Part shown: positions 42,738-52,094 of the stretch, piece by piece | Layout: each line of letters opens with the position of its first letter | How positions within the stretch are numbered: the first letter of the stretch is position 1 | Assembly (NCBI GenBank): GCA_963762115.1 | Contig: CAVXJH010000006.1 | Location: 96,001-160,000 of the forward strand | Source of the DNA: Candidatus Babeliales bacterium | GTDB taxonomy: Bacteria; Babelota; Babeliae; Babelales; JANWKD01 | DNA length: 64,000 nt | Direction of reading: 5' to 3' | Notes under the pieces: model-generated | The model's database searches: none | The model's input: the letters and a program-made list of their open reading frames with translations, nothing else | Told to the model about the DNA's origin: nothing | Translations under genes and position numbers: made by a program

Positions 42738-44006
42738 TTAAAATTTATGCTCTGCAGATGTATTAAAGTATTTAATCAAATCAATCTGTTTAATCCGCTC
42801 TTCATGCCCTGTCACCATATTCTTCACCGTAACTTCACGAGCTTGTTGCTCATCAGAACCAATAAGCAAGCAATACTGAGCACCCATTTTATTTGCTTTA
42901 CGCATCATACTCTTAACCGATTCTTCATCAACTAAAATATCAACACATACATCATGCGCATGCAACGTATCAGCAAGCAAAAGCGCCAAACTATGTTGTT
43001 CTTTACTGAAGGGTAAAATAAGATGCAACGGAAGCGGTTGTGGCATAATTAATCTATCTTTAATCGGTTCAACTAATAATAATAACCGCTCTATGCCAAT
43101 TGCAACACCAATTGAGGGAACATCTTGTTTTGCGCCAAGTTCTGTTGCCAAACGATTATAGCGTCCGCCACTACAAAAGGCATTTTGTGATCCCAAATTA
43201 TTGCTCACAAATTCAAACACGGTCTTATCATAATAATCAAGGCCACGAACGAGAGTTGGATTATAGGAATAGGAAATTGAAAGAAGTTGCAAATGAGTTT
43301 GTAACGTTTGCCATTCATGCTGGCAATCTGGACACAAATTATCCACAATATGTGGTGCATTTTTATAGAGTTCTTTGCACGTTTCAACTTTACAATCAAA
43401 AACACGCATAATATTATGCTCTTTACGCACTTTGCAATTATCACAAATTTGATCTTGAACGCCATTAAGAAATGTTTCTAAAACTTCTTTAAATCGTTGA
43501 CGATCGTCAAAACAACCCAAAAAATTAAGTTGTAAGGCAAACGTATCAAGGGTTAATTTTTCTTGAAACAAACGGTCAAGCATGGTAATCAATTGAACAT
43601 CTTGATCAATCGAATTTGATCCAATAACTTCAATATTTATTTGATGAAACTGCCGAAATCTTCCCTTCTGAGGACGTTCATGCCGAAACATTGGCCCATA
43701 TGAATACACCTTCCAAGGTAATGCCAATGAACCATGCTCCAAAAAAGCTCGCATTGTTGATGCAGTCGCTTCAGGCCGCAAACAAATCGATTCATCGCCC
43801 TTACTACTTTGAACAACAAACATTTCTTTGGTGACCACATCGGTTTGTAATCCCAGTGACCGTTTAAAAAGTTCAGTTTGTTCAAGAATTGGCGTTGAAA
43901 TTTCAGTGAAATTATATAATGCACAGTGTTTTTGAACAAGCCGTACAAGAAAATTAAAGAGTGTCAGATCAAGAAAATCATGAGTCCCTTTTATACGAGA
44001 AATCAT
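42738..44006 (-). CDS. hisS: Histidine--tRNA ligase
   Basis: 'LRPEATA', 'MFRHERPQKGRFRQFHQ', 'LVRGLDYY', 'GGRY', 'GIERL'. Confidence 0.98.
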   Translation of the reverse strand: MISRIKGTHDFLDLTLFNFLVRLVQKHCALYNFTEISTPILEQTELFKRSLGLQTDVVTKEMFVVQSSKGDESICLRPEATASTMRAFLEHGSLALPWKVYSYGPMFRHERPQKGRFRQFHQINIEVIGSNSIDQDVQLITMLDRLFQEKLTLDTFALQLNFLGCFDDRQRFKEVLETFLNGVQDQICDNCKVRKEHNIMRVFDCKVETCKELYKNAPHIVDNLCPDCQHEWQTLQTHLQLLSISYSYNPTLVRGLDYYDKTVFEFVSNNLGSQNAFCSGGRYNRLATELGAKQDVPSIGVAIGIERLLLLVEPIKDRLIMPQPLPLHLILPFSKEQHSLALLLADTLHAHDVCVDILVDEESVKSMMRKANKMGAQYCLLIGSDEQQAREVTVKNMVTGHEERIKQIDLIKYFNTSAEHKF

Positions 44007-44252
44007 ACATAAAACCTTTTAACAAAAGCACACTGATGGCCTACTAATTTTCTTTTAGTGTATCATACAAAAAAAAATTTTATCTATTTTTTTTAAAAAA
44101 GATTGACTTCATATTTCTCAAACTGTTACAACACAAGCTGTAAGAGAAAATACTGGCTAGTAAAAAGGAGCTGCCTATGAAATAGATCACTAAGCTCTTT
44201 GACAAAAACAACAGACTAGATGAACAAAAAAATAATAAATTTTAGTAAACAA

Positions 44253-44282
44253 TTGACATTCGCGTAAGCATCTTGGTAAAAC
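44253..44282 (+). promoter_or_regulatory. Candidate sigma70 promoter of the outer-membrane protein gene
   Basis: TTGACA-18nt-TAAAAC with TGn extension; a similar TTGACT-18nt-TACAAC lies at 44103-44132. Confidence 0.4.
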
Positions 44283-44349
44283 ACAAGTGAAGTATAAAAA
44301 ATGTGTAGTAGATGTACTGTTCTAACACTTCTAAAAAAGGAGTTATTTT

Positions 44350-45957
44350 ATGAAAAAACTACTTAATCTATCCCTACTTGTGGTAGGAATGTCGCTTGCG
44401 GCAAATATCATTGCTGCTGACAGCGATGATAGTTCAAACAACTCAACAAGAAAAGGTGGCGATGCAACCGGCCATACATTCTTCTGGGTTCGTCCTCAAT
44501 TTCAAGATCCTATGCCAGAAAAAATTTCTTTATGGCGTAATGATCGCGCAATGGCTCGTGATTGTGGTTGGAATGGAGCATTCCAAGTAGTACCTTTCGG
44601 TGGTCGCACTACAAAAAAATCGGCAAACGGCTTAGCTCGTTATTTTATGTTTGGTAATAAAACAGAATTAATTGTTGCTGGTGCTACTGCTACCGACGTA
44701 AACACTGATCAAGGTGTTGGTGTCGATGTTGGTGCTTTTAATTTTAATATTGAAACTCTCAATCCTACAGTTTTCAGTCAACCATTCAAAAGCACTCTAT
44801 CATTCAGTCCACGTCAATCAACTGTTGGTGCTGGTTTTGATTATATTCAATATTTTGGTTGGAATGATTGTTGTGAGCGCAAATGGTGGGGAGAAATTTC
44901 TTTCCCTGTTGTGCGTGTGCGCAATGATATGCGCTTAACAGAAACAGTAATAACACCTGCAGGAACTTTAGTTACCGGAGCTGCTGCAAACATGACCCAA
45001 GCATTCACTGGTCAATTTCCTTTTGTGAACACGATTAATGGAGCTTCTGTTGCCAGTCCTGTATGGCAATATGGCAAAATTGATGGACGCAGAAGTAAAA
45101 CAGGCGTTGCCGATGTTGAAATTAAAATAGGTTATGATTATGTTCGTAATGATTGCTCATATCTTTATACTTATGTTGGAGTTTTAGCACCTACAGGAAC
45201 AAAACCAAAAGCTGAATATGTATTTGAACCAATAATTGGTGAAAATAGACATGTTGGTGTTTTAACTGGTGGTTCTGGTGGATTCCAAATTTGGTCTGGC
45301 TGTGAAAAAACTTTGATGCTTGATGTTGATATGGCTTTCCGTTATTTAATTAGAAATACACAATTGCGCTCATTTGATCTTTATAACAGACCTTGGAGCC
45401 GCTATATGCCAGTATTTGCTAATCCCGCAGCTGCAGCTCTAATTGAACTTAGTGCCGGCATCAATCAATTTACTCAAAAACTAAGAGTTCATCCAGGATT
45501 CCAATTCAGCGTTAATTCAGCTTTAGTTTACAACAGCGAATGTGGCTTAGAAGCTGAAGTTGGTTATGGTGCTTGGGGTCGCCAAGGTGAAAGAGTTAGA
45601 TTAGCATCTCCATGGGTAGTTGGTCCTGCAATTGCCAATACAAGTCCTTTTGCTGTAGCAGATACAATAAATAGAGCTTCACTAATTGGTGCTAGTTTTG
45701 GTGGTGCAGCAGTTGATATTTTAACTCCTCCAGCAGGCACGACAACTAATTCACTTTTAATTCAAGAAACAGATTTGAATTTAGGTTCAGCGGCTTGTCC
45801 AGCGGCCTTAACTCAAACTATTTATGGCACCGTTGGTTATAATTGGAACTGGTGTTGGCCAATATTTGTAGGCGTGGGTGGCTCTTATGAATTCAGCAGA
45901 ATTAATACTGCCGTTAATCGTTGGACTGTTTGGGGCAAATTTGGTGTCTCAATATAA
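44350..45957 (+). CDS. Cys-rich putative outer-membrane beta-barrel protein
   Basis: AAGGAG RBS; signal peptide; alternating aromatic/Gly strands (GAGFDYIQYF, KIGYDY, EAEVGYGAW, YGTVGYNW); terminal strand 'WTVWGKFGVSI'. Confidence 0.7.
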   Translation: MKKLLNLSLLVVGMSLAANIIAADSDDSSNNSTRKGGDATGHTFFWVRPQFQDPMPEKISLWRNDRAMARDCGWNGAFQVVPFGGRTTKKSANGLARYFMFGNKTELIVAGATATDVNTDQGVGVDVGAFNFNIETLNPTVFSQPFKSTLSFSPRQSTVGAGFDYIQYFGWNDCCERKWWGEISFPVVRVRNDMRLTETVITPAGTLVTGAAANMTQAFTGQFPFVNTINGASVASPVWQYGKIDGRRSKTGVADVEIKIGYDYVRNDCSYLYTYVGVLAPTGTKPKAEYVFEPIIGENRHVGVLTGGSGGFQIWSGCEKTLMLDVDMAFRYLIRNTQLRSFDLYNRPWSRYMPVFANPAAAALIELSAGINQFTQKLRVHPGFQFSVNSALVYNSECGLEAEVGYGAWGRQGERVRLASPWVVGPAIANTSPFAVADTINRASLIGASFGGAAVDILTPPAGTTTNSLLIQETDLNLGSAACPAALTQTIYGTVGYNWNWCWPIFVGVGGSYEFSRINTAVNRWTVWGKFGVSI

Positions 45958-45987
45958 TAATTAAAGATATAATCAAGGATATAGATT

Positions 45988-46677
45988 ATGATAAAAAAAC
46001 TATTATTATTAAAGCTTTTGAGTTTAGCATTCATAATGAACTCGCATTGTATGGAACAATCGTTAACAGAATTACAAAGCCAATTAAGATATTATCAAGA
46101 GGAAGCACGTAAAGGAAATACTTCAGCTCAGGAAGAGGTACAATATCTTTTAGGAGAAATCAGACGTTTATACCCACAAGCACAACGCGGAGGAGCACAA
46201 CCTCAACGAGGAATTCAGCAATTACCTCCTGTTAGCGCTGAATGGATCGACTATTTAAAAGCTACTGAAAGTTCTAATGATCCTAATGCACTCAAAGAAG
46301 GTTTACAGGTATTTGATAATGCAGTTAGAGATCAAGCAGGAAAATTAAAGGCTACAGTACAAAAAGAAGCTCTGGATCTCATTAATCGCATCAAGGCCAA
46401 GTTAGCACGATTACAACAACCACAAAGAAGAGTGCAACCAGGCCCACAACCAACTCCAGGAAGACCCGCAAGACCAGTAAGCACCGGGCCAAGACCAACA
46501 GTAAAACCTAGGCCAGTAAGCACAGGACCTGGTCAGGTACGCCCAGGACAAGTAAATCAAGCAGAGATTGATCGTTTACATGATGCTGCTTTAGATGCTG
46601 TTGAAAAGGTTGTTACTGCAGCTCGCGCAGCCGGTCAAAATGAGATAGCAAATATATGGATGAAACTAGCACAATAA
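45988..46677 (+). CDS. Secreted hypothetical protein with Pro/Arg/Gln-rich repeats (signal + ME motif)
   Basis: Signal ending SHC-MEQ; 'RPVSTGP' twice. Confidence 0.65.
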   Translation: MIKKLLLLKLLSLAFIMNSHCMEQSLTELQSQLRYYQEEARKGNTSAQEEVQYLLGEIRRLYPQAQRGGAQPQRGIQQLPPVSAEWIDYLKATESSNDPNALKEGLQVFDNAVRDQAGKLKATVQKEALDLINRIKAKLARLQQPQRRVQPGPQPTPGRPARPVSTGPRPTVKPRPVSTGPGQVRPGQVNQAEIDRLHDAALDAVEKVVTAARAAGQNEIANIWMKLAQ

Positions 46678-46696
46678 AAATATAGTTAGATAAGAA

Positions 46697-46730
46697 AAGG
46701 GCTCGGTAATTTTACCGGGCCTCTTTTTTT
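46697..46730 (+). terminator. Intrinsic terminator
   Basis: ggctcggtaa-tt-ttaccgggcc stem followed by a T-run. Confidence 0.75.
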
Positions 46731-46765
46731 GTTATAGTGTAACTAAAAAAAATTAGGAGTTACAC

Positions 46766-47782
46766 ATGAAATCAATTCTTATTACCGGCGGCGCAGGTTA
46801 TATCGGCTCGCATATTGCTTACACATTAGAACAACAAGGCTACCATCTTATTATTCTCGATACCTTTGTTCATCAGCAAACCTTTAATCAAACAAAAGCA
46901 ACAATTATTAAAGCAGATTTTTCTGATCAAACCATTTTGGAAAAAATTTTTAAGACCTATGATATTGAAGCAATTGTTCATTGTGCTGCTTGCATTGAAG
47001 TTGGCTTATCGGTCAAAAATCCAACACTTTTTTATGAAACAAATGTGGCAAAAACAATCACTCTTTTGCGAACAATGCTTGCACATAACATAAAAAAAAT
47101 TATTTTCTCTTCTTCTTGTGCAGTATATGGCAACCCACAGTTTTTGCCTCTTACTGAAGATCACCCAAAAAACCCTTTGAGTCCTTATGGCAGAACAAAA
47201 TTAATGGTAGAAATGATTTTGGAAGATTTTTGCACCGCTTATAATTTGCAGTATGTTGCCTTGCGCTACTTTAATGCCGCTGGCGCATTACCTGAATTGA
47301 ATTTAGGTGAGCAGCACAAACCTGAAACACATATTATTCCTTTATTATTACGCGCTGCATTAAACAACAAAGTATTTACGGTTTTTGGCAATGATTATGA
47401 AACACAAGATGGTACGGCAATTCGTGATTATTTGCATGTTCTTGATATTGCACAAGCGCACAGCAAAGCTTTGGAATATTTATTAAATAGTGGCATGCCA
47501 GACTGTTTTAATTTGGGAACAGGTAAGGGCGTTTCTATTGCACAGATGATAGAAACAGTTGAAAAAATAGTAAATAAAAAAATTAAAGTTAACTATGTTA
47601 ATCGGCGCTCCGGCGATGCGGCAATCTTGGTTGCAAATGCAAATAAGGCACAAAAAAAATTGCAGTGGCAATCACAATATTCTGAAATCAATTTTATTAT
47701 TAAAAGTGTTTATGATTTTGAATGTCATTATAACAAAATGATAACAAATTCTAAATCTTCACATATAAAAAAAGAGGGGTGA
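46766..47782 (+). CDS. galE: UDP-glucose 4-epimerase
   Basis: 'ITGGAGYIGSH', 'FSSSCAVYG', 'PYGRTK', 'LRYFNAAG', 'DGTAIRDYLHV'. Confidence 0.95.
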   Translation: MKSILITGGAGYIGSHIAYTLEQQGYHLIILDTFVHQQTFNQTKATIIKADFSDQTILEKIFKTYDIEAIVHCAACIEVGLSVKNPTLFYETNVAKTITLLRTMLAHNIKKIIFSSSCAVYGNPQFLPLTEDHPKNPLSPYGRTKLMVEMILEDFCTAYNLQYVALRYFNAAGALPELNLGEQHKPETHIIPLLLRAALNNKVFTVFGNDYETQDGTAIRDYLHVLDIAQAHSKALEYLLNSGMPDCFNLGTGKGVSIAQMIETVEKIVNKKIKVNYVNRRSGDAAILVANANKAQKKLQWQSQYSEINFIIKSVYDFECHYNKMITNSKSSHIKKEG

Positions 47783-47801
47783 TTTAAAAAATCACCCCTC
47801 T
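47767..47801 (-). terminator. Hairpin terminator overlapping the galE stop
   Basis: agaggggtgattt-aaa-aaatcacccctct preceded by an A-run (U-tail on the minus strand). Confidence 0.7.
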
Positions 47802-47835
47802 GAATTTGGCTAATCAAATATTAAGATAAAAATTA

Positions 47836-49275
47836 TTATAAGTTTGCTAATCCAAAAGAACCAACACCACACTTAGCAGCAATTTTATCCATTAGTGCTT
47901 TTTCTTGTGCATATACTTTATTTAAAACACATTGCGCACAAGGAACCCCACGTTTTTGAGCTCTAATTAATTTAACAAGTTGACCATTAACAAAGTTTGT
48001 AATTAATGCTTTTAATTCCTGATCATTACCTGCTAAGGTATTCGCTTTATCTAAAGCTGCTTGATCATAAGTAGAAGCAATTTGTATTAATAAGGTTACA
48101 ATTTCAGCCTTAGGATTTGCATGTACAACATTAACAACTCTATTAACAATACCTTGATTAACTTGTCTATCAAGAACAATAGGAGCTGCAACATAACCAG
48201 CGCCAGCTTGTGGTCTTTGCTGATGATTCATGTTATTATTTTGACCAGCAGGAACACCGTTTGGTTGTTGAGGAGCTTGGTGATTATTTACAGGAGCTTT
48301 AACTTTTTTTGCTTTAGGAGCAACAACAGGCTTTTTCCAAGCTTTATATGCTTTAAAAGCACCATAACCAACAACAGGAGCAGCAGCAACAACACCAAGA
48401 CCGATTGCAGTTTTGGGGTATTCTAAAGCTTTAGCAACAACAGGAGCAACAACATATTTGTTAGCTAATTTTGCAGTACCAACAACAAAGTCTTTTGATT
48501 TACCAGCAATATTTGATACCATCTTAGGTGTATCAGCATAACCAAAATAGTTTGCCGCACCAACAGCAAGACCAGTTACAGCAACACCAGCAGCAGAACA
48601 TCCTGCAGCTATTTTATTGCTAAATCTTGAACCAACATTGTAAGCTGCAACAGCAGCGCCAGCGCCAAGAGCTACATAAGGGTTAGCAACAGATTTAACT
48701 ACATTTAAAGCAGTTTCAGGATACATATAAGCAAGTGTACCTAAAGTAGTTGCTGTTGCAACAACAGCAGGAACACTAAACTTCCAATGTTTCTTCATTA
48801 GAACTAATGCGCCTGATTTGTGTAATAAATAAGAAACTGAACCTACGGTTACCATGCCACAGAAGCCTTGAGCAAGAAATTCTCTATCAGTTGCTTTTTC
48901 AACAACAAAATCCTTGCATGAAGTATAACCTTCAACAACAGCTGTTTTGCCTTTAGCTAATTTTGCTGCTGCTTTTGCTGCAATGCCTTTTGCTTCATTT
49001 GGTGTAAGAACTTCAACTAATTCATTAGTGAATTCTTGATTTGAAGCGTCAGAAACTGCTTCAACAACAGGAGCTTGATTAGCGGCAAGTTTATTTAAAC
49101 CGTAACCAGCAGCTCCGGCAGAAGTTACTCCAGCCATTAAAGTACCCGCTCTTTTAACAAGATCAGGTCCAACATGCTGTACTACCTTAGAACCGAAGTT
49201 AACCATAGGGTAAGTTTGAGAGATTGCTGAGAGCATAACCAGCCCCAGCATAGATTTATTAAAATTAGAGTTCAT
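47836..49275 (-). CDS. Ala/Val/Gly-rich multi-hydrophobic-segment hypothetical protein
   Basis: GGAGG RBS before ATG 49275; several hydrophobic stretches; strong GCT/GTT/GGT codon bias; Q/N-rich linker. Confidence 0.75.
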   Translation of the reverse strand: MNSNFNKSMLGLVMLSAISQTYPMVNFGSKVVQHVGPDLVKRAGTLMAGVTSAGAAGYGLNKLAANQAPVVEAVSDASNQEFTNELVEVLTPNEAKGIAAKAAAKLAKGKTAVVEGYTSCKDFVVEKATDREFLAQGFCGMVTVGSVSYLLHKSGALVLMKKHWKFSVPAVVATATTLGTLAYMYPETALNVVKSVANPYVALGAGAAVAAYNVGSRFSNKIAAGCSAAGVAVTGLAVGAANYFGYADTPKMVSNIAGKSKDFVVGTAKLANKYVVAPVVAKALEYPKTAIGLGVVAAAPVVGYGAFKAYKAWKKPVVAPKAKKVKAPVNNHQAPQQPNGVPAGQNNNMNHQQRPQAGAGYVAAPIVLDRQVNQGIVNRVVNVVHANPKAEIVTLLIQIASTYDQAALDKANTLAGNDQELKALITNFVNGQLVKLIRAQKRGVPCAQCVLNKVYAQEKALMDKIAAKCGVGSFGLANL

Positions 49276-49335
49276 ATGAACTTCCTCCATTTAGTTAGAT
49301 ATGATTGAAACATTCAACTAGCCATTCACTTACCT

Positions 49336-49363
49336 ATTCTAAAGTAAATAAAGAGTTTGTCAA
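49336..49363 (-). promoter_or_regulatory. Near-consensus sigma70 promoter for 47836-49275
   Basis: Minus strand TTGACA-16nt-TAGAAT. Confidence 0.55.
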
Positions 49364-49387
49364 TGGAGGTATATTTTATTTCATTAA

Positions 49388-49840
49388 TTATTTCAGTTTC
49401 TTGATTTCTCTCAAGGTTTCGCGCTTAATATCACGTTCCTTGATAGTTTCTTTTTTACTGACAGCTTTCTTGTGCTTACCGATACCAAGTTCAACTTTCA
49501 CCAAACTTCGTTCATTCAGATAGATTTTTAGGGGGATTACGGTGATTCCTTTACGCGAGATATCACCAACAAGACGGTTCAATTCTCTTGCATGAACCAA
49601 TAATTTACGCGTTCGCGCTGCTGCGCCATCTTTTTTTTGATAGGCTTTATCATAAGGAGAAACGTTACAATTCACTAAAAAAAGCTCGCCATCTTTGATG
49701 TGGGCAAATGAACCAATCAAAGAAATATGCCCAGCTCTAATGGATTTAACCTCATCGCCCGTTAAAACAAGACCTGCCTCAAGGCGATCTAAAATTTCAT
49801 AATCAAAAAAGGCTTTTTTATTCTGAGTAATTATTTTCAT
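49388..49840 (-). CDS. smpB: SsrA-binding protein
   Basis: 'NKKAFFDYEI', 'EAGLVLTGDEVKSIR', 'RTRKLL', 'IPLKIY'. Confidence 0.96.
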   Translation of the reverse strand: MKIITQNKKAFFDYEILDRLEAGLVLTGDEVKSIRAGHISLIGSFAHIKDGELFLVNCNVSPYDKAYQKKDGAAARTRKLLVHARELNRLVGDISRKGITVIPLKIYLNERSLVKVELGIGKHKKAVSKKETIKERDIKRETLREIKKLK

Positions 49841-50322
49841 ACAGAAGTACCCGTTTCAGTAGATTTGCAATAGTTAAAAACTTGTTTTGTAATTGGGTAA
49901 AGTATAATCGCTAAGGCTATACCTAAAATATTGCCACCAATCAAAAATGACCATATACAAGGTAAGGCTAACCCTAATTTTTGCTCAAAAAAGGTACTGC
50001 AGCTTTGCATCCACCAAGGATTTATTATAGCAACATCAAGGGCTAACACCTTATGAAGCAACCAATACCCCAAACCATAATCTGCTGCATACACAGGAAT
50101 AAGGGTAATTGGGTTGTTAATACCATAAGCAGCAGCAAAGGTTACCGATAAATTTAAGCCAAAAAGCACTGAAAATGCAAAAATCATGATGGTGTGTAAT
50201 CCAGGAAATGGCGAAAAAGCTATATAAGCACCCATGCAAAAAGAAAGTGCCAGCTTATGCGGAGATTTTTCCTCATAAGCCAGTTTCTTGAAATATGCCA
50301 AACAACTATTTAAAATTTTCAT
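49837..50322 (-). CDS. DUF2062-like membrane protein
   Basis: 'SPHKLALSF..G.YIAFSPFPG', 'NNPIT..P.Y', 'FLIGG'. Confidence 0.8.
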   Translation of the reverse strand: MKILNSCLAYFKKLAYEEKSPHKLALSFCMGAYIAFSPFPGLHTIMIFAFSVLFGLNLSVTFAAAYGINNPITLIPVYAADYGLGYWLLHKVLALDVAIINPWWMQSCSTFFEQKLGLALPCIWSFLIGGNILGIALAIILYPITKQVFNYCKSTETGTSV

Positions 50323-50419
50323 ACTATCACCATATAATTTTTATTGTCTCTATAAGTCTTAGTATACTACAGTTATGATGCTTATACTAATGCTGTATTA
50401 CTAACAAAACAGGTTTACT

Positions 50420-50845
50420 ATGACAAAAAATCTATTATTTCCCCTCATATTTTTAACTTCTATTACTTCTATTTATTCTGCCGAATCAAAGAAAAACACC
50501 TTTTCCCTGAGTGACGGCATAGCAACAACGGTCAAAAATGAAACGATTTTGGTCGCTTTAGCTGGTTATACCCTTGCCTTTAGACCTGAATGGCTTAATC
50601 AATATCCCTATATTACCGCCTTTTGTGGTGCTTGTTTGCTAGGATCGGTTATCAGAAATACTTTTGCTAGAAGTCTTGAATTCAGTTCAAATAGCTTTAT
50701 TAGGACTGCAGTAAAATGTCCTTTTTCAACTGGCCTTGCTGCTTATGCACTTGCTTTCAATAGAGAACTTATTCGCCAACATCCTCTTGTTGCAACGCTA
50801 TTTGGCCTTTGGTTGGCAATACAATGGTCTGAGAATGTTGAATGA
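50420..50845 (+). CDS. Small membrane protein with internal duplication
   Basis: LAGYTLAFRPEWLNQYPYITAFCG vs LAAYALAFNRELIRQHPLVATLFG. Confidence 0.6.
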   Translation: MTKNLLFPLIFLTSITSIYSAESKKNTFSLSDGIATTVKNETILVALAGYTLAFRPEWLNQYPYITAFCGACLLGSVIRNTFARSLEFSSNSFIRTAVKCPFSTGLAAYALAFNRELIRQHPLVATLFGLWLAIQWSENVE

Positions 50846-50883
50846 TAATAAAATATTTTGCAAAAAAAAGAGACAATAAAGCA

Positions 50884-50997
50884 GAATTGTCATTGCAAGC
50901 CGTTTTACTTGGCTAAAAGTTTCGAAAAATTCGCCAATAATGCGGCCTGTCCGCCGAAGTTTCAACGAAGGCGGATGGCAACCCAGATAATAAAATT
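50884..50997 (+). repeat. Family A left arm with nested hairpin insertions
   Basis: gaattgtcattgcaag...tggcaacccagataataaaatt matches 53946-53998 but carries the extra hairpin tccgccgaagtttcaacgaaggcgga. Confidence 0.7.
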
Positions 50998-51025
50998 AGT
51001 TCCGTAAATTAAAAATCAAAATCTT

Positions 51026-51091
51026 ATTATAATTCGGCCCTATGCGGGCAGCACAAAGGTATTGCGTGCCCGCATAGGGCCGAATTATAAT
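51026..51091. repeat. Perfect 25-bp inverted repeat with 16-nt spacer (family B)
   Basis: attataattcggccctatgcgggca / tgcccgcatagggccgaattataat. Confidence 0.92.
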
Positions 51092-51222
51092 TAATAATTT
51101 ATAAACTAAAAATTAGAAACAAAAATGTAATTTAAAATAAACCATTTCGCCTTTCAATAAAAAAATTATAAACTGTAACATGAACAAAAAAAATAATTCT
51201 TTATTATCAAGACAAAAATAAA

Positions 51223-52038
51223 ATGCATTCAGAAAAACAATTAGCACAATTCAAAAAAGTAATTTGGGATTATTATGCAATACATAAAAGAGAATTTCCT
51301 TGGCGAAATATCGAAAATCCCTATTACATCATTGTTTCAGAAATTATGTTGCAACAAACACAAACACATCGTGTCATTACAAAATATGAACAATTCATTG
51401 AACAATTTCCAACCATTCATATTCTAGCACAAGCGCAACAAGCCGATGTAATCAAAGCTTGGCAGGGATTAGGATATAACAGACGTGCATTATCTTTGCA
51501 CAAAACTGCACAAAAAATTATACAAGAACACAAAAGCATTATTCCAAATTGTCCGACACTATTACAAACGTTTCCTGGTATTGGAAAAGCGACAGCATCG
51601 TCAATTGCAGCATTTGCCTATAACAAGCCGACAACATTCATCGAAACCAACATTCGTGCAGTTTTTATTTATTGTTTTTTTGTTAATCAAAGCAATATTA
51701 CTGATGAACAACTCATTCCTCTGGTTGCTGCAACCGTCGACCCAATCAATCCTCGCGAATGGTATTACGCGTTAATGGATTATGGTGTCATGCTCAAAAA
51801 AAATTACATAAATCCAAGTCGTTTAAGTAAACATCACACCAAGCAAAGCGCCTTTGAAGGATCAGATCGCCAAATTCGTGGCATGATACTAAAATTGCTC
51901 TCACAAGAAACTGCTCTTAATTTTGAACAATTTTGCGACCTTATTCCCCGTGAACAACAACGAATAGAATGTGCGTTAGACAATCTTTTAAAAGAAGGGT
52001 TTATAAAAAGTATTCAAACTACTTTTACTCTTGCTTAG
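51223..52038 (+). CDS. mutY: MutY-like HhH-GPD adenine glycosylase lacking the 4Fe-4S motif
   Basis: 'FPWR', 'VSEIMLQQT', 'WQGLGYNRRA', HhH 'FPGIGKATA'; no CX6CX2CX5C. Confidence 0.8.
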   Translation: MHSEKQLAQFKKVIWDYYAIHKREFPWRNIENPYYIIVSEIMLQQTQTHRVITKYEQFIEQFPTIHILAQAQQADVIKAWQGLGYNRRALSLHKTAQKIIQEHKSIIPNCPTLLQTFPGIGKATASSIAAFAYNKPTTFIETNIRAVFIYCFFVNQSNITDEQLIPLVAATVDPINPREWYYALMDYGVMLKKNYINPSRLSKHHTKQSAFEGSDRQIRGMILKLLSQETALNFEQFCDLIPREQQRIECALDNLLKEGFIKSIQTTFTLA

Positions 52039-52094
52039 TCATAAGGACTTTGTTTATACTGCTAAAAAATTATAAAAAGTAGTAAGGAGAAATA

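Noticed and set aside
49290..51220. tmRNA (ssrA) near smpB
   Set aside because: No GGGG..-type 5' end, tRNA-like 3' T-arm/CCA or tag reading frame recognised in the nearby intergenic regions.
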